DNA from: the human T2T-CHM13v2.0 reference genome, Homo sapiens
Reading direction: 5' to 3' (one strand)
Assembly (NCBI RefSeq): GCF_009914755.1
Contig: NC_060937.1
DNA: 64,000 nt
A model generated the notes under the pieces. That model saw only the letters and a list, made by a program, of their open reading frames with translations. It was not told the DNA's origin and ran no database searches. Positions 48,093-63,050 of this stretch are shown here, piece by piece (positions within the stretch are counted from its first letter, which is position 1; each line of letters starts with the position of its first letter). Made by a program: the position numbers and the translations under genes.

Positions 48093-48339
48093 GCTGCTCC
48101 TACTTTTTACTGAATTATAACTTTTCCTGAATTATCACATCCTTGAGATTAAGTTCATATCTTTATTTTATTATAAATTTTTGCAATCAGATATATGTGC
48201 ATATATATGCATAACAGTTATATGCCAATGATAGAATTATAACATAATATTACTTCAGTGCCCAGTGCATTTTTCTTCTCTAAACTCATTCAATCACCAT
48301 TAGGCTTTATTACTAGCCCAACATAAAACTATCAGGATT

Positions 48340-48481
48340 AACAAACAACACCATCAAAAAGTGGGCAAAGGATATGAACAGACACTTCTCAAAAGAAGAC
48401 ATTTATGCGGCCAACAAACATAAGAAAAAAAGTTCATCATCCTTGGTCATTAAAGAAATGCAAATCAAAACCACTATGAGA
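48340..48481 (+). mobile_element. Isolated internal L1PA ORF2 fragment (about 140 bp)
   Basis: Close match to CATCAAAAAGTGGGCAAAGGATATGAACAGACACTTCTCAAAAGAAGACATTTATGCGGCCAAC; no 3'UTR and no TSD. Confidence 0.9.
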
Positions 48482-49774
48482 AAAAAATGCATCTTTTATT
48501 TTACTTTATGATTTTATTTTAAGAATTGCATTGGTCCTTTTTACGATATATGGCTTTTCTGATAAGTATTTCAAATCTAAAGCAGTTTTTCGCTAATACA
48601 TCATTAAAAAGCAAAAATCTTACTATGCAGGCTGCCCAGCAGCAGGTCAGCTAAATGCTAGGTCTCAAATAGTAGATGGAAAACAAAAGGGCTTTGAAAT
48701 ACAAGGAGTTGAGATTTGGCAGGTGCTGACGAATCTGAACACCGGGATTCCAGGCCCATCCTTCCCTGCATGAGGAAGTCTTTCCTTCAATAAAGATCAT
48801 GCCATGATTTTATCACAGTCAGTTTATTTGCAAGGAGAACTCTGTGTTCTTTAAGAACAATCACTAGGTCCAGAAAATTTAACAAAAGTTAAACTCCAAC
48901 ATGGTCCAGAGGAAAAAAAAAATGAATTTGGCTCCCAAAGAACATACATACACACCAAAGGAACAGTGAAATCGTTCCATGTTTATCAGCTAAGTTGGGG
49001 GAGTATTAGTGGAAAAGGATCCCAAAAGGGTTACAGGAATAAGGCTAATATAGAGTTAAACAGGGTGGAATCTATCGAATTGTGCATTGTAATTTCATAT
49101 GTTAGCATAAATTCCTGAATCAAACAAATTGATTGATTGACTGATTGAAATCTGTGTTCAATACTAGCCTATGGTCATAAAGTTGAAGGGCTATACCATT
49201 CCTGTAATACTGAAGAATGAGTCTGAAAGATTAGATAAATTATGCATTGAAATGCTTCTATTGTATGCAACATGATCAGCCACTGGAACCGTACTACTTT
49301 GGGTATGTAGGGGATATATAATTTCAAAGAAATCAGTACCTAAATATAGAAAATTATAAGAACCATGAACAAAATATAATTAAGCAAAATAAAAAGACTA
49401 TTTCTACCTATTTATACTATTTCTACCTGTGTTCTTATGTTCCATGTGTTGTACATTTCCTCACATCTTCGCAGCTATGCACTTCCTTTATCTATTATTA
49501 TTTGGCTATTTCAGCCTCTTTCTTCCCCCAGTTTTCTCTCCCTCATACGATGAGTTCTGGAGCTGGCTAATGTTACAATTTATATTTTAGTGGCAGGATG
49601 ACTTAATTGACATCATCCCACAGTAATATTATGATTTATTAAAATCTTGTCTTCCCTCTACTTAATACAAATTACTCACTTTGAGCAAAGGAAAAAAAAT
49701 CGAAATGGCAAAAGTCATGACTGTGCCTTTTTTTGTTGTTGTTGTTGCCTTGTTTCACATTCATTCTCTATTCT

Positions 49775-50192
49775 TTGTGTCCTAATAGAAGGACCTCTAC
49801 AGACTGCATCACTCAGGCTTCCATATAGATTGGCTTCCAGTTAGGTGAGCTAATTTGGAGCTACAGAGAGATCAGAGGAAAGGAGGAGGAATCACCCTTA
49901 TCCACCCTTCTTGCTGCGGGCAGCATTTTAAGATTATGCCTATATCTACTGATCACTACGGCACCCCTTGGCCAGCCCTTCGTCCACAGCGCTAACTTTC
50001 ACTGCGCTTCAGTAGCATGATTTCCTCCTGTTATCTTTTCCAGTGTAAGGCCAGGAAAGACATGTTAGACTCTGAATGTCTCTATGCCCTTTGTTATTTC
50101 CCTTAACCTGGCCCTTACTTCAGTAAATATTTCACAAAGACTCTTGAAAAATATGAGTAGAACTGTGTTTCCTAATGGGACTCTAACTGATA
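49775..50192 (+). mobile_element. LTR33-like ERVL LTR fragment
   Basis: gactgcatcactcaggcttcc..tggcttccagttagg..agagatcagagg..ccttaacctggccc..ctgtgtttcctaatgggactctaactgata. Confidence 0.5.
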
Positions 50193-51654
50193 ATATACCT
50201 ACCATTTTCAGTAAGGTGTTTTTGGAATCATGTAGAAGGATGAGAGGCTGACAAGAACACAGCGATTGCATGGTCTACCCTTTGTAACCTTAACCCTGAC
50301 CATGCAAGGTTTCTCATACTTTGAGCTCTTCAAAAGCATCTATATAAATCCAAGGCTTCTCCTTATAATTCTTGTTTTCTTTGAACCTGCTGAAGTTTAA
50401 ATCCCTGCAGCAGTGCCAAGCAGGGGGGCTCCAAACAGACCTCTGCTGCTTTAATAAAAGGAAAAGAAAAAGGGGAGATAAAATAATGAAGTAAAGAGCC
50501 ATGAGAAGTGACACAATTGTGAGATTCTAGTATGTTTGTGGTGTAAAAAATAGTAATATAGAAAAAAGGAGTCACTAAAAGCTTAGATTTTGTCATAAAA
50601 ATGTGACCTTTTTAGATGTTATTTTATTTAAGCTATTATTTGCTTGCAGTATTTAAAGAAACGTTAGATTTATAGGTATATTTTCATTTGTTTTTAAGAA
50701 TTTACATCTCAAATATAATAATGAGAACAACTCTGTGATTTAAATTTACACAATGCCAAATATAAAATAAAAATGTTCTAATCTCTGTAGGTACTAAAAT
50801 CACAAGAACTGTAGGAGAATTGTATCATTATATAAAGTAATGGAAATCCTGGTCTTATTATTTTTAAAACTTTGATCTATCCAGCCAAATAGGTTAATAA
50901 AATAAGACACTCAGGGTGGATTTCTCTTCCCGTGAAAAGTCTAAAAACAGAATACAGTTGGACAATTCTGAACCATTATAAGATTAAAGAGCTGTCTGCA
51001 GCTTAAAGGCAAGTTTTATCCACATAAAGATCTACCAGGGTGGCAATGGATGCCTGGCTTGCCTTGTTAGTGACATTTCTTGAAATAAAGGATTATGATT
51101 AGAATGTCTTGGTTAAGTCCTGTTGGGAGAAGTGAATTTTCTGATAGTTTTTCTCACAAAAGCGAAACTAATGATCTCTCATTGAAATTGACCAATATAA
51201 AGAGTAAAAACAGAGCCACCCATAGAGTCTGCCTGCAAATGGATACCAGCTTTATGTGTTTGTGATGGACCATGCATTTGATACTGTTAAGACACAATGC
51301 TAGAACAAGTCTGTCTAAACCTAGACTGAATAATTTAATTATGCAATCTCATATCCTACCATAAAATTGTAATTTCAACTTCTAGCTTTTTTGTATTTTT
51401 CTGTATAATCACAAACTCATGACTTTAATAAACACATTTACTATATTTCTATATTTTTCTTCAGAATCATCACGAAGAAGTCCTATATGATATGAGCTTA
51501 CTGATAGATCGCTGGTCAACCAATATTGTGATCTAAGGTAAAAAATATTTCCAATAAAATATTTTGTTATATACCTGCTGAATTTGAGTTTTATTTTTTA
51601 TAAATCTATGCCTGACTCATGCTATGTTTTTAAATGTTATTGATCTATCTATAT

Positions 51655-51848
51655 CCTACTTTATATATATATAAGCGTATATAACTATATATGTAAAATA
51701 TATATAATATGTATATATCCTACATATCCTACACACACAGATATATATGTGTTTATGTATGTGTGTGTATATATATATGCGTGTGTGTGTGTATATATAT
51801 ATATACACACACACACACATACGCATATATATATATAAACATGCATAT
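51655..51848. repeat. (TA)/(TG)/(CA) compound microsatellite with an internal palindrome
   Basis: Directly visible. Confidence 0.9.
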
Positions 51849-52931
51849 AGGCTGCTTAACACAGTGATTGAAATATATTGCTATTATTCAAAATCAGTGT
51901 TGAATCCCAAGAATTCTGAGTTTCTCGGAGAAAGGGAAAGAACCAGAAATCTCTTAAATTCTCAAAAGGCTACACACCAAATGTTCCCACTAATCATCTC
52001 ACAGGATCTTCCCATTCTCTAGATTGCTTTATAGCTCTACTCTTCCTGACATCTTCTACCCCAGCACCTGGTTCCTCAAGTATCTGCTGTGCTGGAGTGC
52101 CAGTGCCTGCTGACAAGAGAAACAGAAAGAAGGCAGCGAAAGGATCATTTGTATTTACCTGTCCACTGTGGCATAGCATATCTACCTCTCCATTACTCTG
52201 ACAGAAAGGTATGTACATTATTCACCCGAGGCAGACAGACAACTTGAAATATTAAAGGTCTGTTGCTTTTTTCTTCTGTACAATACTCCAAACTTGAAAG
52301 TTTGGAAAAATTCAGCAGATTGTAAATCAGTTATTTGGAGGACACAGCATCAAGTGAAAAAGTAAATGGACTGAGACATAGTTTCGCACCACAAAATGTC
52401 TTTTTATTCCCCATGCCTGGAATGAGATAAAGCTTGGTGACAATAAGTAGATAAAAGTAAAGAGGTTCTTTTTGTTTGTTTGTTACTTTAAGAAAGCAGA
52501 GGGAATGAACACAGTGTTTGGTTCCCATTCACTGGGTCCCAAACCTCTGCTTCCACATGCCAGAGGGTCAAGGTTTCTCCCAGGGGTCCAATGCCAAGTC
52601 ATCCCTATACAATTGGAGAAGAAAGCTCGAGGGGGTGGCGTAGTAAGGCAGAGAGCTGAGACAGGTTTTACCTGTGCAAAGCTGGTTCCCACAGCAATGT
52701 CTGTATTAAAAGTGGGCCATGAGGACAAATGAGAGAAAGGCATAGAGGGGTTTCATATGCTTATCACATTCCAGCCATCCTGGACATCTCTAGTTTCATT
52801 AATGATAGAGTGCTACTTCCACAGTTTTGGCCTTTGCAATGGCTGTTCCTTGTGCTTGAATGCTTCCCCTGAATTTTAGATGAATAGATATTTATTAGTA
52901 CTCAGATTTCAGCTTCAGAAAGTATCCTCTT

Positions 52932-54882
<1,951 letters not shown>

Positions 54883-54973
54883 AGAAAGTATCCTCTTGCA
54901 ACCCAGTGTAAGTATGTACATTTTGTATACAATATTGTTTCATTATTCAATATAACACTCATCTTAACTCTCT

Positions 54974-54976
<3 letters not shown>

Positions 54977-55014
<38 letters not shown>

Positions 55015-55296
55015 CAGACGAAGTCTAGCTCTGTCGCCCAGGCTGGAGTGCAGTGGTGCGATCTCAGCTCACTGCAAGCTATGCCTTCCTGGGTTCACGC
55101 CATTCTCCTGCCTCAGCCTCACTAGTAGCTGGTACTACAGGCGCCTGCCACCATGCCCAGCTAATTTTTTGTATTTTTAGTAGAGACCGGGTTTCACCGT
55201 GTTAGCCAGGACGGTCTCAATCTCCTGACCTCATGATCTGCCTGCTTCGGCCTCCCAAAGTGCTGGGATTACAGGCGTGAGCCACCGCGCCCGGCC
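54977..55296 (-). mobile_element. AluY with a 38-nt pure poly(A) tail
   Basis: Y diagnostics (CTGCAAGCT, TTCACGCCATTCTC, CCGTGTTAGCCAGG); TSD AACTCTCTCT(CT)T. Confidence 0.93.
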
Positions 55297-55314
55297 AACT
55301 CTCTCTTAACTGAA

Positions 55315-55436
55315 TGCTTAACATGAGCAATACCCTCACTATCTGGTTCATGATTCTATGCCCAGTATTAAAGTGATACCTAATACAGAATATTCACTCT
55401 ATGAATGTTTTATGAATTGAATGCATAGATGAATGT
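55315..55436 (+). mobile_element. L2 3' end
   Basis: gtgatacctaatacagaatattcactctatgaatgtt..tgaattgaatg. Confidence 0.45.
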
Positions 55437-55865
55437 GCTGCTAAGTATCAGGCAGATACATCTCTGAGAAAAGACTGTGGCCTTGTCAATAGTGAGGTTC
55501 TTAAAAGTGGCAACTTAAAAGTGGCAGAGATTGATGCCGCTTTTATATACCTGGTGAACTCTCAGGTGATCAGCAGCACTTTCTAAATCTGCGGGAAGTT
55601 AGTAATCCTGTGAAGGCACGCAGTTTCACCCCTTCCTCGTATTCACGTATTGCTTATGATGAAAGGACTGGGGTTGTTATGTCAACATCAGGAACCAGGA
55701 GAAAGTAGAGAGGAAATATTGGATTAGCAAGCTGTGTCTCCTCTCATGAGTAATGTGTGGTTATAATTTAAATGAATATGACCTCTGTCTTGTATACTGA
55801 TATGTAAGATTGTGTGCATTCGTGGTTTAAAATGGGACCTGGAGAAGTTTAAGGGCAAACTAAGA

Positions 55866-56665
55866 ATTTTTTTTTAAATTGTGGTAAGTAAACAGCATGA
55901 TATCTACCCTCAATAAATTCTAAAGAATATGATACAGTGCTGTTAACTGTAGGCATAATGTTGTACAGTAGATCTACAGAACTTAATGATTCTATATGTG
56001 ATATTTTATATCAATTGAATAACAATTCTCCATGTCTCTCTACTCACAGGATCTCAAAGAGATGTCTGCATTACCATGTTCATTTCAGTCATTATTCACA
56101 TGAATCAAGATGTAGAAATAATTTAAATGTCCACCTACAGCTGAACGGATAAAGAAAATGCTGTATATACATACAGTGGAATATTTTTTGGCCTTAAAAA
56201 AGGAAATCTTGCTGCTATAGACTGAATGTTTGTGTCATCCCAAAATCCATATGTTTGAACCCTAATCCCTAAGGTGATGGTGTTTGAAGATGGAGGCTTT
56301 GGAAGGTGATTAGATGATAAAGATGGTTCTCTTATAAGAGACAGGAGAGAGCTTGCTTCCTTTTCCTCTCTGCCATGTAGAGATACATCAAGATGGTAGA
56401 CTGGGAAGAGGACCCTCACTAGAAACAAAACCAGCAAATACCTTGATCTTGGACTACGTAGCCTTCAGAACTCTGAGAAATACATGCTGTTGTTTAAGCC
56501 ATCCAGTTTATGGTATCTTATTATAGTAGCCCAAACTAACTAAAATAACTGCCGTTTGTTACAACATGAGTAAACCTGAAGGGCATTATGCTAAGCGAAA
56601 CCAACCAGTCACAGGAGAACAAATATTGCATGAATTCACTTCTATGAGGTATCTAAAATAGTTGA
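55866..56665 (-). mobile_element. L1MB/MA-type 3' end (minus, 55866-56040) joined to an inverted upstream L1 segment (plus, about 56049-56665)
   Basis: Reverse-complement 3'UTR (taggcataatgttgtacagtagatct) abuts forward ggatctcaaagagatgtctgc..acaacatgagtaaacctga..gaggtatctaaaatag. Confidence 0.7.
56213..56547 (+). mobile_element. MLT1A0-like solo LTR nested in the L1
   Basis: TGCTATAGACTGAATGTTTGTGTC...cttgatcttggact..tagcccaaactaactaaaata; TSD CTTGC/ACTGC. Confidence 0.88.
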
Positions 56666-57610
56666 GAGACAGTTTTTTATTTCCACTGTGACTGATTTAT
56701 CCAAAGTAAATAGCGTTGAAATCATTTTGAAAATGTCTGGATTGGTTTAATTTATAAAGAAATAGTAAGCTAAGTGAAAATTATTGATAGATCACATACT
56801 TTTTGTTCAAATAAGACAGTAATATTATTGCACTTCTAATTTGAGAAACAAAACAACTTTCCAAATTTGTTTTTTCTTTTTTTTTTTTACTATGGATCTT
56901 AACTATTTGAGGGGGAAAAAGCAGCTTTATTCTTTGCAACAGATGCTTTGTTTTAATTTTAAGGCTGGGATTCTATCTTTAGACTCTGACACACTGGGGC
57001 AGGAAACAATTATCTGAAAATTGTTAAGATTACGGGAAAACAAAGTGGGGGTAGGTTGGCTTGAGTCAAATGTTCAAACAGGATTAAATGACTGAGTACA
57101 CTAATCCTTCTGAATTTAGTAAAAATTTTATTTACCTGACTTCCTATAACTCCTCTTCAATGCCTAAATAATCCATAATTTCTGATCTTGGCTTCTGCAT
57201 ACCTTTCTCGGCTTCTCAGAAATCTTGCATAGGTCCTACTCCTGATCCCACTGCAGGTCCTAGTCATTTTCTTCATCCTGATGACACCTCATTCTGGAGT
57301 TCCAAAGGTTGTAAGAGTGTTCTCCTGTGTGGAGTACAAAATGGTAAGGTGGATAAAGGCATGGCTGCTGACAAGTGTGGTTTGAATTATACCCAGTTAA
57401 CAAGTATTGAAACTGCACTGTATGTCATTCAAATATTTTGAAAAGGGTGTAATAAGTTGAAGGGATGGGTGTGTTTCATCTGTATAAACTTTAAAATTTA
57501 AAATTTAAAACACTGAGTAAAAATTTCAAAATAGCCAATTCCAACCTGAAGCATATTTCCTCAGATTATTTATAAAAATATGGCATAGATAGCTCCACGG
57601 CTCAAGAGAC

Positions 57611-57638
57611 AGGTAGATAGGTAGGTGGATAGATAGAT

Positions 57639-57687
<49 letters not shown>

Positions 57688-57708
57688 GATAGATGAATAG
57701 ATTAGATA
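57611..57708. repeat. (GATA)n/(GGTA)n compound STR
   Basis: Directly visible. Confidence 0.95.
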
Positions 57709-59640
57709 AGGGCCCTGCAAACAAAATCTCTGCAGTCTAATATTTGATGGAAACAGTTGTACACACTTTCTCTACATTGAATGCCAACAGCCTGGCAAAC
57801 AGCCTATTCATTCAGCTTTCTCAATACAATAATCAAAAAAGGAGGAAATTAGTTTCTGTAACAGAAATTAGCCAGAACAATTATTAAAGTAGATCTCCAT
57901 AAACCAATACCTACAAGACATGATTACAAGGTAGTGTTAATGTTTATTCTCTACTAGCACATCACTATTATTTATAAGTAAATGGTTTTCAGTACTGTTA
58001 TTTCTGTTACTTCTTGCTTATTTTTCTTATCAGGTATACGGCTAAATAAAAAATTTAACTCATTATATTTCAAAACATTTTATGCTAGAAAATAATAATT
58101 TACTTCCATTTTTATCGCTCTTTGCCTTGTTTATGTATCTTACTAATAGTGACTTTTTTAAAAGGCACACATTTACAGAAGACTTTGAATTTTTTTTGGC
58201 CATACCCCAATATTGAATAACACCTAACTTGAAAGTTTTTTAAATTGAAAATTACTATTCATGATAATGTCTCCAACTTTTGAATCAATGGTAGCAATAA
58301 TAATTTTAGTGACAGAGCAGTGAATCCTTTCTTTTTGTTTGGATTTTAGCACACAACTAGGTCTAAGTAAACTTAGACATTTTAGATTTAAAAAAGTACA
58401 TATAATTTGAGAAAAAAAAGAACATTCTGTATCAGGAAACATGGATTATGTCTTTCAGTACAACGTAGATTATTAAAAAATTCTGTATGCAAAATTATAT
58501 GCAGAGGTTTAGTCATTCCTGCTATCACATATGAAGCTGAAGCTTTGGATTCTCCAATAATAAATTTCTACCTTGGAATTAATTTCATATTCTGCATTGG
58601 TGATTTTATAAGACAAATTGAATTTGTAAGAATTTAAAAAATAAAATTTGCATGCCAAGATTATTTAATCTAGGAGTTACTGAAGATATATTGAAAGTAC
58701 ATAAATCATTTTGTTGAAACAAAAGAACACCCAAAATAGTATATTTGGAGAAAATTTTAAAGTAAAAGCTCAAGCCATCAGCTAAATGATATAGAGACTG
58801 AAACAAAAAAATTTAATTGTCATTCATATAAAACTGATATGGGAATATGTATTGTGTCAATCTTAACAAGTTTATCTCATTTTGTGTTTTTGTCAATATT
58901 CAGATATTGACATATTCTGGTTGTAAACAGAGATAAACCTGAAAGATGATGGTGATAGTGAGAAGAAAAGATTGATGTGAGTAAAGCAAAAGCTGGAAAA
59001 AATACCAGAAATAGTATTTGAAATGATAAGTGTGGACACATTTGCCAAGGTAGGGTGCAGTCAGTAGAGAATCAGTCTAAAGAGATGTCCTTAGGGGCAC
59101 TGACTTTGGTTAGGGAAGGGAGTAAGGTAAGGAAGCTCAAAGAGCTGAGAAGTCCTTATGAAGGCACAAGTAAACACATGGTTTTGGTCATGGAGGCCGA
59201 AGGAGATAATTTTAATATGCTGAGAAATAGAAATTTAATCGTTTCATATATATGAAAATGAGTCAATTTTAAATTTCCTTTCATTGCTTCCTTAGGTTTA
59301 AAGATAAATATAATATGTAATGGAAAAAATTGTTAGCTATGGCAGCTTTACAGGGTGGTAGTTGTTACAAATAAAAGTGTAGGTGTGTGTTTGGATATAA
59401 GTGTATGCATATATATATATGTATTTACATGTGTGTGCATGATATATGCATATATATTTCACCCAAGCATCTAGAACATAACTATTGAAGGATGTTACTT
59501 TTACAAGGATGATTTGGAAAACATCTAACATTTAATTTTCTAGGATGTTGGGTATTATATGCAACCCAGAATCACAGTGTTTCTCTCTGAGAAAAATGAT
59601 GCTTTTATTCTGCTGGCCTCACTGACATACATTTGTACAA

Positions 59641-59954
59641 ATCCAATATATCAATAGACAATTGTCAATAGACAATATCCAATATATCAATGTCCAATAT
59701 GTCAATAGACAGTTATCCAGTGTAGACAATTGTCCAATAGACAATAGACTATATTGGATATATTGGATATTGTCTGTTGGACAATTGTCTATCAATATAC
59801 TGGATATTGTCTAATAGCATTTTCAAAGAAAAGTATCATATAATTTAAACCAACAGAGGACAATAGACAATAGATAACATCCAATGTCTCAATAGACAAT
59901 TGTCAATTGGCAATATCCAATATATGAATATCCAATATGTCAATAGACAGTCAT
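59641..59954. repeat. Complex direct + inverted repeat patch built from CAATAGACAATTGTC and ATCCAATATAT modules
   Basis: Direct repeat of about 75 bp (59641-59715 vs 59879-59954), inverted copy at 59750-59813, four GACAATTGTC palindromes. Confidence 0.85.
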
Positions 59955-61412
59955 AGGTGATACCAACTTCTCACCTAAAATTATCCTCATATATATTGCA
60001 TCTTATTTCATATGAAAATTAAAATGTATTCATGTCCTCATATATGTGAAACGATTATTTCATATGATTGACCTGGATAAATTATTAAGTGTAAGTCCTT
60101 GTCTGTGTTAATCAAGATTATATTTTAAATTTATTCGCGCAAAAAGCAATTTACCAAAATTTCTTTAACTGAAAACATAAACTACATTTTACAAAATAAT
60201 TTTAATTTTATTTAACATATGTTTGGTAGCATGATAGTAAAATGGGTGTTTTCTATTTTAGCACATGATAGAAAATTCATTTTTTAAACAATTGTGTACT
60301 GATTAGGTAAGAAGTCACTTATAATAGCTAATTACTAAAATAAGCACTGTTAAGACAGATTTGTTCTTTGCTTATGACTCAACTTCATCTGAAAATTAGA
60401 GGTTATAAATGATTGAGTATCTAAAAGAAGGCATCTAAGTTGCAGTTTTAATGGTTTTAACATGTCTCATAAAACACTTTTCAGATTTCATGTAAACATT
60501 GCTGACATATTTACATGACTAGTAAAGAGAGTAATATATCATATTGAATTAATCAAGCTAATGTAGACAGCCAACATAATCAATTTTAAATCTGTTTTAG
60601 ATTCAGTAATTTTCCAATAGCTTAAATAATAATTTTCTTAAGTTATTTTTACTTCATTCTTTATACAACAAAGCCTTGATAGATCCTTAAGATATCATTA
60701 CTATTTCTAGATCTTTGGCATATAATAGGGATTTAGGGTATTCTTTGTAATATATCTATATTTGCACAGTTTTCTCCATACATTAGAATCCTAGTTTTAA
60801 TTCCTAAACATGTTACTACATGCTAATTTCTGTCACTATTGTGATAAGCAGGGAGACAATGGAAGACTGTTAAATGTCAATAATTTTTAGCAAGGAAATA
60901 TCTTTTCAAATAGGTAGGATATGTATCATCTATCAACAGAAAGTATCATATTTAAAGAAAAGTATCATAATTGAAACCCACAAACAAAGGTCAAAAAATT
61001 CAGCTAAGGTATTTAGTTTTACATTTGGCAGTTATTTTATAAGATTTTCCCATGATTATGTGTAAAATAATTCCAATATATTAACAAAGAAATCAATAAA
61101 AGAGTTACATGAAAACTGTTTTTGGAAAAGAATATATCTAATTGGTAAAAAGCCAAAGTATAAAACTGTATTTGATGATAAACTATCTCCATGTTCCCAA
61201 TAAAAAAATCATTTTAATGTCTAATTGTTCAAACATTTCACAAATTTTATTAAGAATAATAGAAAAACAAAATTTTTGAATGAGTACCTCACAAATGATT
61301 TAATCCTTATATACATCGATAAAACAATGGCAAGAAAACAAGAATCTAAATCAGACATTCCAAGTTGTTTTCCACAAAAATAATCACCAATGTCAGGTAT
61401 ACAGGTAGGCAG

Positions 61413-62045
61413 CATAGGGCAGAAAGGTGCAAAGCCTTTTCTCACCACCATTAAGGTTCAAAGCCAGCACTCTTATAACAAAAGACGTATTAACAAAAGA
61501 AAAGCATATCAAATATATTTAATCAAAATTGTATGTGACATGAAAGATCAGAAATGAAGACTCAAAGACTCCAGGGAAAACTTTATACGTGGGATATAAA
61601 AAAGGGTCAGCCATGTAAAAATGGGGTTGCACCAAAGGGTATAATGTAATGATAATACACTGAGGTGAGAAATCCAGCAAGTCCTTTGTACAAAGATTCT
61701 TGTTGGTCTGCCTGTGTAGCATTACCTCTTCTCCACTTCCACTCCCCAGAAATGGGCAGTACCTCTCTGGAATTAGACTCTTAAAGGGAGAAGGAAGAGG
61801 GTGATCTCTTTACATTTTATGGCTTGCTTTCTGGGAGAGGAGTTCTAGTTTCTATGACCGGCCTTGGGGTATAAGAATTCTGGCTTCTAGGATTCTCTTT
61901 AGTGTGAGAAAGAGAGGTGTGAGACAGGAGGATGGGAGGAGGTCAGGAAGACCTTACTTCTAAGGCCCTTCTAATGTTTTTTACTACAAACTACTCAGCA
62001 TGCCAAGATGCCATGCTGTGGGCTATCATGTTCTGAGCCACAGCA
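61413..62045 (-). mobile_element. MER39-like (ERV1) solo LTR
   Basis: Minus-strand start tgctgtggctcagaacatgatagcc..ggcatcttggcatgctgag; plus-strand ataacaaaagac..ttaacaaaagaaaagcata and ctagtttctatgacc. Confidence 0.7.
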
Positions 62046-62907
62046 GCAGCAATGATATTTGTTGTTGCTGCTGCTCTGATTGCTACTGTCACTGTTTTCA
62101 TTGCTTTTTGAAAAATAATTTTGCCATGGAAATCTGTTCATTAGACCTTTAGGAAATTAGTAAAGGACAAAACTAAAATCTTTAGAATCCTGACTATGTG
62201 TCAGTCTATTCCATTGTTGGTTTATTTACACATACTTTCATATTAACTTACTAATAATGACACAAAAGTAATGATACAAGAAAAATTTTACCCACTCCTG
62301 GTTGCAGAGGTAGATGAAATTTTCTGGGCTCTATTGCTGATACTCTTTATTTTCAAATAACAGTCTTGCTATTGTTATCTGATAATCTTGAATTAATGTT
62401 ATCAATATTGCTACCACAAATAAAATGTTTACACTCATATTCAATAATCTAATCTTCATTTGTACTTTCTGCTTTTATTCCATTTGTTTCTTCTGTCCTC
62501 ATCACTTCATTTATTCTACGAGGTTTCCCTTATATAAACACCGAAAATGTATAGGCATTGTTAGCCAGCAGAAAGGTCTGCTTGCCAGCACAAACATCAA
62601 AGAAGTATTCCCTTTTATTCTCCTTTCTCTAGCACCAACTTCTTCTCAGAAAACAAAACAATTCATTATCTGTGTTACTTCTTGATTTCCCAACCTTTTC
62701 TCACTCTAACAAATAGTTGGTAATCAAAATTTAGATGCTATATGCAAACTCTTACTGTACACTTTTATTTTGTAATACATTAGTTCTCACATATGCAAAG
62801 CTGCCCCTAGTGGAAATTTTGTGGTAAGAGCTCATACCTGAAACCCCTGTGTTTGGAAACTATTATGGATTAGAGATAAAAAATATTTACCACAGCTGCT
62901 AATTCTC

Positions 62908-63050
62908 TGTGTGCGTGTGTTTTTTGTTTGTTTTGTTTTTCCTTCCCTCCTTCCTTCCTTCCTTCCTTTTCTTCACTTCCTCCCTCCCTTTCTCCCTTTC
63001 TCTCTCTCTTTCTCTTCTCTCCCTCCTTCCCTCCCTCTGTCTCCTCCTCT
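62908..63050. repeat. (GT)/(TTTG)/(TTCC)/(TC) low-complexity polypyrimidine tract
   Basis: Directly visible. Confidence 0.85.

Noticed and set aside
52159-52197. Minus-strand 39-nt micro-exon candidate (SNGEVDMLCHSGQ)
   Set aside because: Short pyrimidine tract, no recognisable peptide, expected by chance.
59641-59954. CRISPR-like appearance (palindromic repeats with intervening sequence)
   Set aside because: Irregular spacing, no unique constant-length spacers, no cas genes, primate context.
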